A DNA stretch of 64,000 bases from the NCBI RefSeq assembly GCF_009914755.1, contig NC_060925.1. The stretch is one strand, 5' to 3'. Each line of letters opens with the position of its first letter. Position 1 is the stretch's first letter. Source of the stretch: the human T2T-CHM13v2.0 reference genome, Homo sapiens. This document shows positions 15,676-42,309 of the stretch, in pieces. The position numbers and the translations under genes were made by a program. A model generated the notes under the pieces. It was given only the letters and a program-made list of their open reading frames with translations, did no database searches and was not told the DNA's origin.

Positions 15676-17799
15676 GATGGCTGTTCGTGTTTTATCCTGC
15701 ACAGGCATTCTTTTTCTGATCTGCACTGCAGTTCTGAGCCAGGTATATTCTGCTGAGCTCATTTTCCAGCTGCCTTGTGTCTTGTTTCAGCAGCACCCAG
15801 AATACCAGGATCTTTCTCAGCATCTTTCTCAGCAGCACCCAGAATACCAGGTGGCACGACCCAGGCACTCAGTGGAAGTTTTCTTGTTGTTGTTCTTGTT
15901 GTTGTTGTTTCTTGAGGTAGAGTTTCGCTCCTGTTGCCCACCCAGCCTGGGGTGCAATGGCTCTAGCTCAACTCGCCGCAACCTCGGCTTCCCGGGTTCA
16001 AGTGATTATCCTGGAACCACGCCTGACTAATAGGAAGGGGGAAGCACTGGGCGTTGAGAGTGTGAAATGTACCAAAATCTTCTCTGTTTTTTCCCCAGAG
16101 TCTCCCCCTTCAGCACCACCTGACAATCCTCAGCCCTGGACAATGTGAGATTTTTTTGACCGAGGATCACTGTGCTCCTTCAGGATCCACCAGAAAGTGC
16201 TGGTTAGCCTGATAGGCCCTGGTTTGACTTACATCTAGCAAGACCTTCATCTGGTTTGCAGGAGTAGATAGGGGGTCACTTGGATGACAGGGACTCCAGT
16301 CCAGACCCCATTCTCCCTCATTCCCTCCTGCAAAGTTCAATCCTCACAGTCCTCTGAGGCTGTGGCAAGTGCAGAAACAGAACTGCGCCTATCCAAAGTG
16401 CCTCCCTTCCCCTGGACTCATGCCAAGGCTTCCTCCCTCTGACCTGTCCCTTGTCTTTGCATCTAGGGTGGATGCTTGCCACTGACCCTCTCTCCCCAGG
16501 TTTCCCTGCTAGACTGACTTTCTGCCGCTGGGATTGGGTGGGGCAGCCAATGGAACCTCATGCAGACCAGGGTGAAATCAAAGGGCCTTGGAAACTCACA
16601 GCCCCACATCCAGGCCCCAGTCCTTTCAGAGTCTCAGATCCAAGTCCCCAGTTTATCAGGGATGTGGCTCTGTGAAAGCCAGAGAACCCGGTCCCCAGGG
16701 CTGCTGCCATCTCTCTCCTCCTCATTTACTCTGGCCCCCATCAGCTCCTCTGGGCCACTCCCTTTCTGGAGTCCCCCTGGCTCCATCCGGCGGCAGTGAG
16801 TTCGCAGATCTCCCGGACCCCAGGCTGCTACAGGCACCTCCCTCAACATCCACTGTCTGCTCTCAGAGTGACCTTCTCCTCATATCTTTATTGGAGGAAA
16901 AAAGAGGGGAAGCCCCTGGTCTTGGGGAAGATAGTTATAAATGCAATCTGGAATAAAACCCCCTTGAGGACTAGAGGAGGCCAGCAGGGCCTGACCAGAG
17001 ATTTTTGACTGTTAGAAATGCACAGAGGGCAAACACCACAGGAAAAGCGCTGACTCAGAAACAGACTCACTGCATTCCAGGTGCAGCCTCCTCAGCTCTA
17101 AGGCTGGGCCAGCAGAGCCTGGGAAGGGATGGCCCCCACACTGGGACCATCCCAGGCTCTGCCAACAGCCTGGCACTTCTAGGAGAACCAGAGGAGTCGG
17201 CTCTTCCTGTGCAAGGTAGACAAGGTTCCCCTCCATTGGTCCCGGTTGCCTCTTTAGGTCCAGAGCAGCAGCTGAGGAGCTCCCTGCTTTATGCCTTGCT
17301 GTGGGCACTGAAATAGCTCAGTAGAATTTGGGGAGAATGTATGAGTCACTGCTGATTCCAGGGAGAGTGTTTCTTAGCATTGTTTGTGGCCATACTCCTG
17401 GGTGCAGGAGAGATTGGCTGACATTTCCAGGAAGCAGAGGACTCAGCTTCTCTGACAGCTCAGGCTGGGGGAGGAAAATGCAAGTTCAGAAATACTTTAG
17501 AACCCCCGATGAAAAGCCTGGAGAAGCTTTGGAATCCCAGTAGAAATTCAGTGAGTGGAACTGAGGTTAAGCCATCCCTTCAGATGGACTCAAAAGGCTG
17601 CACTGACCTGGACAGCAGAGGAGCACCTTCAGAAGCACAGGCAACCAGAACATGGTAGAAAGACCCCCCAAACTGCAGGATTCTCGCTGGGGTCCTGAGG
17701 ATGGTGCAGGATTTCCCCAAGGGGTTCATTTCTCTCACAAATTCTGCAGATACACAGCTTCCACCATTCATGCTTCCAGATCGAAAAGTCTCCCTCTTT

Positions 17800-18880
17800 A
17801 TGTCTGACCACACTGCTCCTCTCTGGGCTCTGCCCCAGCTCACACACTCAGATTCACTCTTCCCAAGCTGGTATTCTGAGGGAAGCCCAACACGTTTGTG
17901 AGTAATGATGCCTCACCTTCAAGTAGGAGCCAAGACTGTGTCTGCTCTCTCTGCCCTCAAAGACACTGTGATGCTTTAAGGATCTGCATTATCTCTTTTG
18001 TAATTATGTTTTTTTTTAAATTTTTAAACTCAATCTAGAAGGAAGTCTTTCAATCCTTTTGTCTAAATGCCCACAAAATACCTGCCATGTTTTATGTTGT
18101 CTAGCTTCCCTCCCAGGGTCCCATGAAAACACTCAGTCCTGTCCAGCCCAGCCCCCACATCACTTTGTAATTTAGGCCTGATTTCTTTCAGTGAATCCTT
18201 GACCTTAACCTTGAGATAAATTACACCCTCAGTAGTTCCTGTTTTCCACCTGAATGGGCATATGATCTACCATGTTAGGTAGCACAAAACCCAGGTGACA
18301 AGTGGATACACCAAGATTTTTATTGTGTTTTTCAGGGATGACATCACTGTCTTCTTAAAGTTGTTTTAACTCTAAAACATTTTGATGCTTTTGATGTGGC
18401 CAAAGGTTCTCTAATAAAGATACCACATATATATATATATTTTTTTCTAATGTCAGAAACAGCTTAAATCCTTCCCTGTATCACTATGAAAGTCACATAT
18501 TAGTCAAACTTTACCAGTGTTTATGGAATAAGTGAATAAATGAGTTTTAGACCTTCACCCTATTATTAATTCTTTCACTTTTATGAATCTATATCTAATT
18601 TAATCACTTAATAAGAAGAAAGTTGAAAACTCAATCAGGGTTAACTGGATGGAAGTTCAGGATCTAGTTGGATGTCATTTTTGGATTGGAAGTTGGTAAT
18701 TGAGAAGGGGGTCGTGGTGAGAAAGGTCAATAAAAGCTCCTGAAGATGCACAGAAGAGACCCAAAGCCCTGGCTCCTGGAGCTACTGCTTGATTCTGGCA
18801 GAGGTCCCAGCACCCTGCAACGTGAGTCCAGATCTGGCAAGTCACCACTTATTAGGATTGGGAATGTGCCCATTTGATCT
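17800..18880 (+). promoter_or_regulatory. Orphan copy of the PRAMEF promoter plus non-coding exon 1, with no gene body
   Basis: Collinear with 61820-63200. TAATTTAATCA 18596-18606, CAATAAAA 18728-18735, exon-1 donor altered to CTG|gcaagt (18837). Confidence 0.75.
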
Positions 18881-18940
18881 GATCTTCTGTATAGCACGTC
18901 ATACAAAAAAGTCTGGAAGACGCTAGCACATACACTGTGA

Positions 18941-25786
<6,846 letters not shown>

Positions 25787-26224
25787 TAGTTAATTTTTGT
25801 GTCTTTAATAGAGAAAGGGTTTCATCATATTGGCCAGAGTCGTCTCGAACTCCTGACTGAAGTGATCCACCCACCTTAGTCTCTGAAAGTGCTGGGATTA
25901 CAGATGTGAGCCACTGTGCCTTGTCAATTGCTGGACTTTCATGATACACATACAGTATCCACAGTATCACAAGGGCCATTTTTTCCATAATCCAATTTAT
26001 TTATATTATTGGTAGTGAGCTAATGTTGATGTCCCCAAGGTAGCAATTTAGTGACTATACCCATGATAAACGTTTCCATGCATCACGTGGTCAACAGCAT
26101 TTGCTACCAAGTGCCACGTTCCATGCTCAGCAGTAGGAACATAGGATGATTGAGACAAAGTTCCTGACCTTTAGCAGCAATATCGAACAAGTGAGATTGT
26201 CAAGAAAGAAGAAATCATTGTAAA

Positions 26225-26873
26225 ACATACCATACCCCTACAATTCCGTAATCATGCTCCTGGATATTTAATGAAATGAGTAAACCCACACCTGGATGTT
26301 TATAGCAGCTTATTCATAATCACTAAAACCTGGAAGCTAGCAAGTTGGCCTTCAGTCAGTGACTGGATAAGCAAACTGATCCATCCAGTCAGTGAACTAT
26401 TATGAAGCCTTAAAAAGACATGAAAGATTCCTAAATGCACGTTATTGTACAAGTGAAAGAAGGCAATGTGAAAAGACTCATCCTGTTAGACATTTGCCTT
26501 TTTCTATGGAGATAGTAGAAAGCCCAGTGGTTGTGAGGGGTTGGGAGTACAATGGGATGAATGGGAAGAGGACAGAGGACTTTTAGGGGAACAAAACTAG
26601 TCTCCATGATGCTCTAATGGTGGATATGTGTCATTATCCCTTTGTTAAAATCCATAGAATGTACAAAACCAGCAATGATCCCCCATGTGAACTATGGACA
26701 TTGGGTGATAATGATGTGTCCCTGTGGCTCATTGATTGTGACGAATGCTCTGTGCTGGTGTGGGTGCTGATCCTGTGGGGGTGCTGTGTATTGAAGGGGG
26801 AAGAAGGTAGATGAGAACTCTGCAGTTTCTGCTTAGTTTTTCTGTGAATCTAAAGCTGCTATAAAGAAAAAAA
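26225..26873 (+). mobile_element. L1MC-type 3' fragment
   Basis: gtgaactatggacattgggtgataatgatgtg...ttttctgtgaatctaaagctgct pattern. Confidence 0.7.
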
Positions 26874-26874
26874 T

Positions 26875-28658
<1,784 letters not shown>

Positions 28659-28974
28659 TAAAAACACCATAAAATATAATCCTTGCAACACTCAATTATA
28701 CCATCTGGTCCGATCTATCAGCAGATGGCACCCGAGACATACGGATTGGAAATTTTGATCTTATTATGAATGAATCCAGTCCAGAAATGCCCACCCTGCC
28801 CCCTGCTGGCTCCTGGGGCTCTGCTCTTTGGGGGAATCATGATGAAATTGTGGCAGAGAGTAGAAGTTGAGCCCCATTGCATGCCCTGAGTTCTTGTTGC
28901 CTCTCTATTATCAGGAAAAGGAGGTGAGATTGAAAGATGAAAAATGCTGGGACTTCTGCTGAGAAGAGAAAAAA

Positions 28975-29125
28975 GAACAAGATGTATTGATCTTACTGTA
29001 TGCCAGACCCCATGCCAAGCCCTAAACATGAACCATCTCATTGGATCCTACCAAGGTCCCATAAGCTGTTGGATATCATCATCCTCATTTTACAGGAAGC
29101 TGAGGCTCTAGGCTAACATCCCTGA
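28975..29125 (+). mobile_element. MIR fragment
   Basis: atcatcctcattttacaggaagctgaggctc core. Strand call uncertain. Confidence 0.55.
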
Positions 29126-29842
29126 CAGCAACACCAGCCCCTGAGTACACAGCAGGATCCTTCACTTGGGTGCCCACTATGCAGGCTTCCTCACCACAGG
29201 GAAGGTCACTCATCACCCACAGGCACTTGATCGTTATCCACCCTTTGATGATGTCAGATTCCAGAACATGCTGCACTAGTCACTTCCTTCATAGGGAGAG
29301 AGGGAAGGTGTTATGAGAAAATCTCTCATCAATCTGACCTAGCTCCCCAAAAAGATGTAACTTTTAAAATGTCAGATGGAAATATTTAAAAAGTGTTACA
29401 TGCCTGTATAGTTTTAGTATTTTACTTAAAGGGAATGTGGCTGTCTTTACTGGCTACAACAAGTTTAATTCAAGAAGGGCTGCTGGTCATCAGGGGAACA
29501 AGCAAGGGTTGGTGCTGCCCAGAGTCTCCAGCTAATACACAATATGGACATCCCCTTCCAGGGCAGCGGGAAGAGACTGGCTCCTTGTGCAGTGAAGCTG
29601 ACATCCACCAACTAAGGCTTCTGGAAGCATGTGGAGACTCACAGGGAGTGGGCAGGGTCTCAGCATCTGGCTAGCGGTGAAAGACGCTGAGAAGAAGGTG
29701 CTTTCCGTGTGGATTGGCTCACTGTTCTTGCCCAGCAATGTTCCAGGCCTTTGGTGTCCACCTAGTGTGTATTAACCCACTGAACAGCCACAGAAACTAA
29801 CAAGGAGTTAACAGACATCTAAAGAAGTGAAGAACTGGAGGA

Positions 29843-30435
29843 GGCCAAGCCAAGCGTGGTGGTCCACGCCTATACTCCCTGCATTTTGGGAGGCCAAGGC
29901 AGGAGAATCACAAGCTCAGGAGTTCCAGATCAGCCTGGGGAAGACAGCGAGGCCTTGTTTCTACTAAAAAAAAAGTATCCAGGTGTGGTGGCTCACACAG
30001 CTGTAGTCCTAGCTACTCAGGAGGCTGAGGTGGGAAGATCGCTTGAACCCAGGAAATTGAGGCTGCAATGAGGTATGATTGTGCCACTGCACTGTAGCCT
30101 GAGTGACAGGAGACCTTTAAAAAACAAAAACAAAAACAAAAGCCTGACACAGTGGCTCACACCTGTAACCCCAGCACTTTGGTAGGCCTACTTGCGTGAA
30201 TCACCCAAAGTCAGGAGTTTGAGACCAGCCTGGCCAACATAGTGAGGAAACCCTGTCTCTACTAAACATACACAAATTAGCTGGGCATGGTGGTGCATGC
30301 TTGTAATCCCAGCTACTTGGGAGGCTGAGGCAGGAGAATCATTTAAACCCCAGGTGGAGGTTGCAGTCAGCTGAGATGGCACCATTGCACTCTAAACTCC
30401 AGCCTGGGCGACAAGAGTGAAACTCTGTCTCAAAT
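29843..30435 (+). mobile_element. Two tandem Alus
   Basis: Alu consensus at 29843-30140 and 30142-30435. Confidence 0.9.
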
Positions 30436-30634
30436 AAAAGAATGGGAGGAAACTGGTTACAATAACCAAATTTCATTTAAATGCCTTGATTTTCTTGGGC
30501 TGCATCTTATTGATTGGACAACTCAGTCAGTGCCTTTTGTTTTTTCCATCAATAACTGAAGATTCCTGAGGCTTAAACTGGAAAACAGGTTACTTAATAA
30601 TGGAGGGCACCAGACAGATTCTGCTCAGTTTTCC

Positions 30635-30640
30635 TTTATT
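30635..30640 (-). terminator. PRAMEF11 poly(A) signal
   Basis: AATAAA on the minus strand about 310 nt after the stop codon. Confidence 0.65.
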
Positions 30641-30952
30641 TCTGATTGTTTCTTTACAACCATCCATGCAAGAGTAACTCCCTCATGTATTCTCAAGCCT
30701 GAATTCCACTCTAGACATTCAGATTCCCATTTTCGACTCTACAGGATACAGGTTCCCAAAGTCCCATCGAATCCATGGCAACATTTCCCCCAAGTCCTGC
30801 CCCTGCTTGATCAGCTTTCCTTTCCCACTTTCAGAGCCCATGTGTGAAACGATGGGTTCTGTGCTCCCTTTAGGATGTACCTAAGACCTAGGTTTTAGTT
30901 TCCAAGTGTCCAGAAGAAAGCGTTTGACATACCCATCCAAATAGGCAGGCAT

Positions 30953-31549
<597 letters not shown>

Positions 31550-31647
31550 TCATAGGGGTGAGTGGAGGGTGGTGGGGAATGGCTTCAAGGTAATGGATGG
31601 AGACCATTTTGCCCAAGTCCAGGATCATTCTCATGGCCGGATGGTCA

Positions 31648-31977
<330 letters not shown>

Positions 31978-33259
31978 CTATTAAAAAAAAAAAAAAGGAG
32001 AAAAAATAATTCCATTTCAGGCTGAGTCATTTCACCATCATTTATAGGAATGGATCAAGTTCACAGAATCCCTAAAGCTCCCTTTCCTCATCTGTCAGGC
32101 AGAAAACCACATCCCTGGGCCACAGAAGCCCAGTGGAGATGCAGGCATAAAGGACAAACCCAGACAGGATCCTGCAACATCAGCTGGGGTGGGCAGGCTG
32201 CAGGTGTCCCTGACACACCTGTATCATCAGCAAACCATCTATCACTTTCACCATTCTTTGTGCCTGCTCCCTGACCCTCTGTTTCAGAATCATACATTTC
32301 CTAGGTAATTAATTTACCTGGAGCTCAAAAGAAACTTTTACAATGGGAATTAGAGATGGGATCATTCATGTTCACCAAACTGTGGGGCACAAAGCTGATT
32401 TTCTGACATGTGCAGGTTTGCTGAGCATTCCCCTCTTCAGTGCCCACTTCACTTCCCTACTTCACATCATCTTCTTAAAAATTATCTTGTTGGCTGGGCG
32501 TGGTAGCTCTCGCCTATAATCCCAGCACTTTGGGAGTCCAAGGTGGGTGGATCACCTGAAATCAGGGGTTGGAGAATAACCTGGCCAACATGGTGAAAAC
32601 CTGTCTCTACTTAAAATATAAAAATTAGCCAGGTGTGGTGGCCCACGCCTGTAATCCCAGGTACTCAGGAGGCTGAGGCAGGAGAATCGCTTGAACCTGG
32701 GAGGCAGAAGTTGCTGCGAGCTGAGATGTCACAACTGCACTCTAGCCTGGATGATCAAAGTGAAAATCCATCTCAGAAAAAAAAGTTATCTTGTTTGATT
32801 TTACTTTTATTTATTCATTTCTGACAGGGGTCTTGGTATGTTACCCAGACTGCTCTTAAACTCCTAGGCTCAAGCTATCCTCTTGCCTCAGACTCCCAAA
32901 CTGCTAGGATTACAGGCATGAGCCAACGCCCCTGGCCTATTTTTCATCATCTTAACTTAGACACACATCCTCAGGAAGAATTCAGAAAGGCACCCTCACT
33001 AGATCTGAACCCCCCAGTAGCTAGCTTCCTAGCATGGCAGCCTCTCCATAGCATCTCCCCTGACTGATCCCTCTGACTCTATTGGGAGGGTTGCATGATA
33101 CCCATTTCAGGACAGGGCCGCCAACAGGACAATGCATGGACATTCTAGTGTCCCCTTCACTGTTACATCCTCATAGGCTGGCTCACAGTAGATGCCCACT
33201 AGTGTTTACTGTAACAGGCTCTGCTGTGGTCTGCAGAGAAAGCTCACCACCCTCCCTCA

Positions 33260-34224
<965 letters not shown>

Positions 34225-34508
34225 TGACCTCAGCCTCCCAATGTGCTGGGATTACATTGTGAGCCACCGTGCCCGGCCCAGTTCTCACTTTTCATGGTGC
34301 CTTTCAGTGCCATTAGAGGAGAGGTTCCTGTTACCTCTATGGACCTTGCCTGGTGAGCAGTGCTTTCCCTGAGGAGCTGGTGAATGGCCAAGTCCTCTCG
34401 GCTTCCTCACCACCACCATCCCCCTTGGGCCTCCTCACTTCACATGACCCAGCTGTTCCTTCAGTTGGACACCTGGGCCCTCCCCACCAGCCCACCTGGG
34501 CCACCTCA

Positions 34509-34931
<423 letters not shown>

Positions 34932-35899
34932 TTACTCCAATTCTACTCTGTACTCAGTGGCCATTAAGCCAGCATTCTGCCTCTGCTGCATCAGCATGAG
35001 CGTCTCCGAAGCAGTGAGGAAGCAGGGCCACCACTAGCCCTTCCTTTCTATCCAGTGCTCCATCCAGTGACTAGTGAGTGTGGAGGAACCTGAAAGTGAA
35101 CCCCTCCTACCATTGGGGGAAATTATTAATTACTTAAGGTTCTAAAACAATGGGAAAGGGAGTGTCACAAGCCTACATGCCCACAATTTCAGTTCCTAAA
35201 AATAAGCTTGTTGGGAACATTCATGGGGCATCCCTAGAACAGGTTCTATTTGTTTTCTTTTCATTATTTAAGCTTGCTTTCTCTTTCTCTCTTTCTTTTT
35301 TCCTTCTTTCCCTCTCTCCCTCCCTTCTTTCTTTCTTTCCTCCTCTCTCTCCCTTCTTTCTTTCTTGTCTTCTTTCCCTGCCTCCCTTCTCTCATTCTCT
35401 CTCTCTTTCTCTCTCTCCCTCTCTCACTCTCTTTCTGACAGGGTCTTGCTGTCACCCAGCCTGGAGTGTAGTGGTGGGATCTCAGCTCAGTGCAGCCTTG
35501 ACCTCCCAGCTCAAAGGATTCTTCCTCCTCAGCCTCTCAAGTAGCTGGGACCACAGTTATGCATCACCACACCCAGCTCATCTTTTATTTTTTGACTTTT
35601 TGTAAAGACAGTGGATTTCGCTATGTTGTCCAAGCTGGTCTTGAACTCCTAGTCTCAAGCAATCTACCCCTCTTGGCCTCCCAACATAGTGGGATTATAG
35701 GTGTGAGCCTCCGCCCCAGCCTCATTATTGAAAATTTCAGTGAGATGCAGTGGTCTCCGCCTGTAGTCCAAGCTACTAGGGAGGCTGAGGTAGGAGGATC
35801 ACTTGAACCCAGGAGGCAGAAGTTGCAGTGAGCTGACATTATACCACTCCACTCCAGCCTGGGAAATAGGCTAGATTGAACAGAGAGACAGAGAGAGCT

Positions 35900-36295
35900 A
35901 CATTTGATTAGAATTCTTAATCTCTACCCAGTTAATCCTGATTGGATTTTTGACTTTCTTAAATATTAACTGATCGAATTAGATATTCATCCATCAAAAT
36001 GAAAGATTTAGGGATAGGGTGAAAGTCCAGGACTCATTCACTGATTCCCTTCACAAACATGGAGTTTTACTAATATGTGTCCTTCAAAGTCCTGAGTGTG
36101 AGATAGGGAAGGGTTGAATCTCTTCCTGATATTAGACAGAAAGAAAGAAAACTTGAAAGTATCTTTGTTGAGGGATCCTTGGCCATGTCAAATTTATCAA
36201 AATATTTCAGAGTTAAAACAGTTTTCAAAGACAGAGATGACAGTCCCTAAGAAAACACAGTAGAAATCTTCATATATCCAAAGATCACCTAGGTG
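35900..36295 (-). promoter_or_regulatory. Truncated second copy of the PRAMEF upstream promoter segment in intron 1 of PRAMEF11
   Basis: Aligns by eye to 37570-38290 and 62620-62990; lacks the TATA-like box and exon 1. Confidence 0.7.
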
Positions 36296-36301
36296 GCGTA
36301 A

Positions 36302-36523
<222 letters not shown>

Positions 36524-37367
36524 TGATTGATTTTGTTTTTGTTTTTTGGACAGGGTGTCTCTCTTTTGCCCAGGCTGGAGTACAGGAGTGGTATGAGCAT
36601 GGCTCACTGCAGCCTCAATCTTCTGGGCTCAAGTGATTCTCCCACACCAGCCACCCAAATAGCTGGGACTACAGATGCATGTCACCATGCTCGGCTAATT
36701 AAAAAAAAAAAAAGTAGAGGCCAAGCACCAGTGACTCACAGCTGTAATCCCAGCACTTTGGGAGGCCAAGGCAGGTGGATCACTTGAGGTCAGGTGTTCG
36801 AGACCAACCTGGCCAGCATGGTGAAACCCCACCTCTACTAAAAATACAAAAATTAGCGAGGCATGGTTTCAGATGTCTGTGACACCAGCTTCTGAGGATG
36901 GAGACTGAGGCATGAGAATTGCTTGAACCCGGGAGGTAAAGGTTGCAGTGAGTTGAGATCATGCCACTGCACTCCAGTCTGGGCAACACAGTGAGACTCC
37001 ATCCCCACCCTCAAAAAAAAAAAAAACGTTGTGTAGAGGAGGGCTTTTGTCATGTTGCCCAGGTTGGTCTCAAACCCCTGGGCTGAAATGATCCTCCCAC
37101 TTTGGCCTCCCAATGTGTTGGGGTTAAAGGCATGAGTCACTGCTCCCTTCAAGAATTTTGAAATGACATCAACCAAAGCACAATCAACTTTTTTGAAATA
37201 AAGACAGAACTGCATTTAGAGGAAAAAATTCAAAGCTTCAAATTGTTCATATGAGAAAAAAAAAGGACAGGATATAGCTCTGTGCCATCGTAGGCTGCAC
37301 TGTCACCATCCCAGACTGACTGACTGTAGGTCAGATGGGAGTGTCCTTACAGAAATTAGTGACTTAC

Positions 37368-37700
37368 CAGATCTGGATGTAGTCTAGAAGGTGCTCAGAC
37401 CTCAGGAAGAACCAAGCAGGAACTCCAGGCTTGAAGACTTTGGGTCTCTCCTGTGGGTCTTTAGAAGATTTTATTGACCTTTCTAATCACAACTCCCACC
37501 CATGCCCTTCCACGTTTGCACTGCTAGCTTCCAATCAAAAAGCAATATCTGATTGCATTTGTGAAGCTCCACCCAGTTAATCCTGATTGGGTTTTTGGCT
37601 CTCCCCAGATTAATGGATTGAGTCAGATATCCATTCATATCACATATCTATATTCAGTTCGTGAAGCAAGAAATTGACAGTGTTAGGGATAGGATAGAAG
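37368..37700 (-). promoter_or_regulatory. PRAMEF11: PRAMEF11 proximal promoter and non-coding exon 1 (about 37445-37368)
   Basis: Donor CTG|gtaagt at 37366-37367, CAATAAAA 37469-37476, CCAAT and repeated (C)AATCA motifs. Homologous to the other copies. Confidence 0.75.
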
Positions 37701-37816
37701 TCAAGAATACATTCATTCAAGGGTGGGTGAGGTGGCTCATAGCTGTAATTCCAGCACTTTGGAAGGACAAGGTGAGTAGATCACCTGATGTCAGGGGTTC
37801 AAGACGAGCCAGGTCA

Positions 37817-38020
<204 letters not shown>

Positions 38021-38389
38021 TCATTCATTCATGAACTCCACAAACACTGATGGCATTTTACTAATATGTGAACTTCATAGTCTTGAGTGTGAGGCAGGGA
38101 CGGATTTGATCTGTTACGACATTAGACAGAAAAATAAAATCTGAAAGTAGTGTTGTTAGGAGATCTTTGGCCACATCAAAATATAAAAATGCTTTCTACT
38201 TTAAAAAGCTTTATAAAAACAGAGGAGTCATCCCTACGAAATCAGAATAAAAATCTCAATGTATTGAATGGTTTTTGGGATTTTGTGTAACCTAAGGTAG
38301 CAGATTACATGCTCGTTCTGGTGGAGGAGAGGTGCCACTGAGGGCGTGAGTGGTCTCAGGGCTTAGGTTAAGGCTTCTTTGGAAGAAAT

Positions 38390-38959
38390 TGAAACCACAT
38401 CTCTAAAGTTTATAAATTTAATCAGTGAAGAAGGGAGGGAGAGAAACAAAAATAAACGAAGCTTGCAACACATTCAGCCTTCATCAGGAGGTCTTCTTGC
38501 TCTCTGACCTGGTTCCTCGTGGTTGCTGGCAGCCTACTGTTCCAAAATCATATAGACCTTAGATTACAGTTCCCCTTAACTTCCCTGCAGACAACGATTC
38601 AAGCATTGTAAAACATTAATTTTTTCATCTGAGATATTCTTTCAGGTTCTGCATGTCAGTGAAACTGCTGATGCCAGCTGATCTGAAGGGCCATGCAATG
38701 CACCAACTCACCAAAGAATGCAGTTTCTACATCCTGTTGACTTCTTCCCTCTTACCGCTACCCCAACTTTCCGGCCCCTTGCTATCCAGGATCCACTGGA
38801 AACCTTCAGTACTCCTTGGGGAGATGAATTTGAGGATCTCCTCCTAGCTTCTCATTCAGCCACCTTGTGATCATTAAACTCTCTGCTGCAAACCCTGCTG
38901 TCTCAGAATATTGCTAAGCTACTGTGCAGCAGGCATAGGAACCTGATGGTCCTGTAATA
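38390..38959 (+). mobile_element. ERV1 solo LTR (LTR26-like), copy 1
   Basis: TGAAAC...TGTAATA termini, attaaa signal; near-identical copies at 50789 and 55715. Confidence 0.75.
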
Positions 38960-39059
38960 AAGTCATGTCAAAATTACAAATGGAAGTGAGGGTGGAGCTG
39001 GTCAGGGTTGAGCTGGGTTTTTAATGGGAACCTGGGAGTGAAGCAAGACTTGCTGAACA

Positions 39060-39825
39060 TGTTGGGGGTTATTGAGTGGGTGTAAGAGGAATCTATCTAA
39101 CATTGCACTGATGCCCTTTTGGTTTTAATCCTTATGACCAAGTATGAGTCTTTCAAAACAATTTGTATAATCCTCCTTATTTTTCCTTTCAAAACCTTCA
39201 ACTTCCTTTATCTCCCCAAATAATCTCGCATCTATTGCCACTTCTTTGCTTACTTCATAATAAACATTTTTTTTTACAGAGTCTTCTTCTCTGTTAAGTA
39301 GACCATATATTTTGTTGCCACTCAAGATGAGTAACATGGTTCTATGGACAGAAAGGGTCAAAAGGATCCCATTCCTCAACAGCTGGGGGTGATGTAAAGG
39401 TCATGGTTATTCTTTGTCATATCTGCACCTGCATATTGCCAGTGAAAACTTGCAGGTCACATTGGGCAGGCTCCCAAATTCACCACCTGTGGAAGGTCTT
39501 TCGATTGGCTTACATCCTGTCCCTGAGTAAAGAGTCTGATTGTGAGTTCATGAGTGCTTCAAACTCTACAAGTATTGATGAAGGCTTCCACCCACTGACA
39601 GTGAGAAGGCACTGATTTGATGCTGATCATGAAGTTTTGCTGGTTGTCTTGCAAGGAATATGTTTTATTCTTTTATCGTGTCATCTAAAGCCAATGATTG
39701 TAACCTCTGTATTGTCCCTTCCAATGGAAAAAACAAAAACAAAAACTCAACTCTATTTGAGCCTTGTCAGGTCAATAAAACAAAAGAAAATTTAAAAAAA
39801 GAATTGATAGGAGGAATCCCATTCC
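39060..39825 (+). mobile_element. Degraded ERV1 LTR pieces (MER34/MER39-like and another); paralogous at 51470-52280
   Basis: cctttcaaaacc...aataaacatttttt...agagtc LTR 3'-type pattern. Family uncertain. Confidence 0.4.
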
Positions 39826-39876
39826 CAGCCTGGGCAATAGAGTGAGACTCCATCTCAAAAGGAAAAAAAAAAAAAA

Positions 39877-42110
<2,234 letters not shown>

Positions 42111-42309
42111 GCAGAAAAGTAAAGAAAAACAAAAAAGAAATCTCCTCTAATGTGAACAACCTGTGGGACAAAACATTCTGTCCAATAGAGACCTGGTGCA
42201 TAGGTGGACAATTTTCATTCCAATGGCCTGTTTCAAAGGTGGCAGGCAACTCTAGCAGGGTTTCTGTGTTTACACCAAACTGGATTTGAGTTTTAATAGT
42301 AAGGGGAGT

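Noticed and set aside
38333-38347. CCACTGAGGGCG as a CTCF site
   Set aside because: One base short of the consensus spacing and not conserved in the two paralogous copies.
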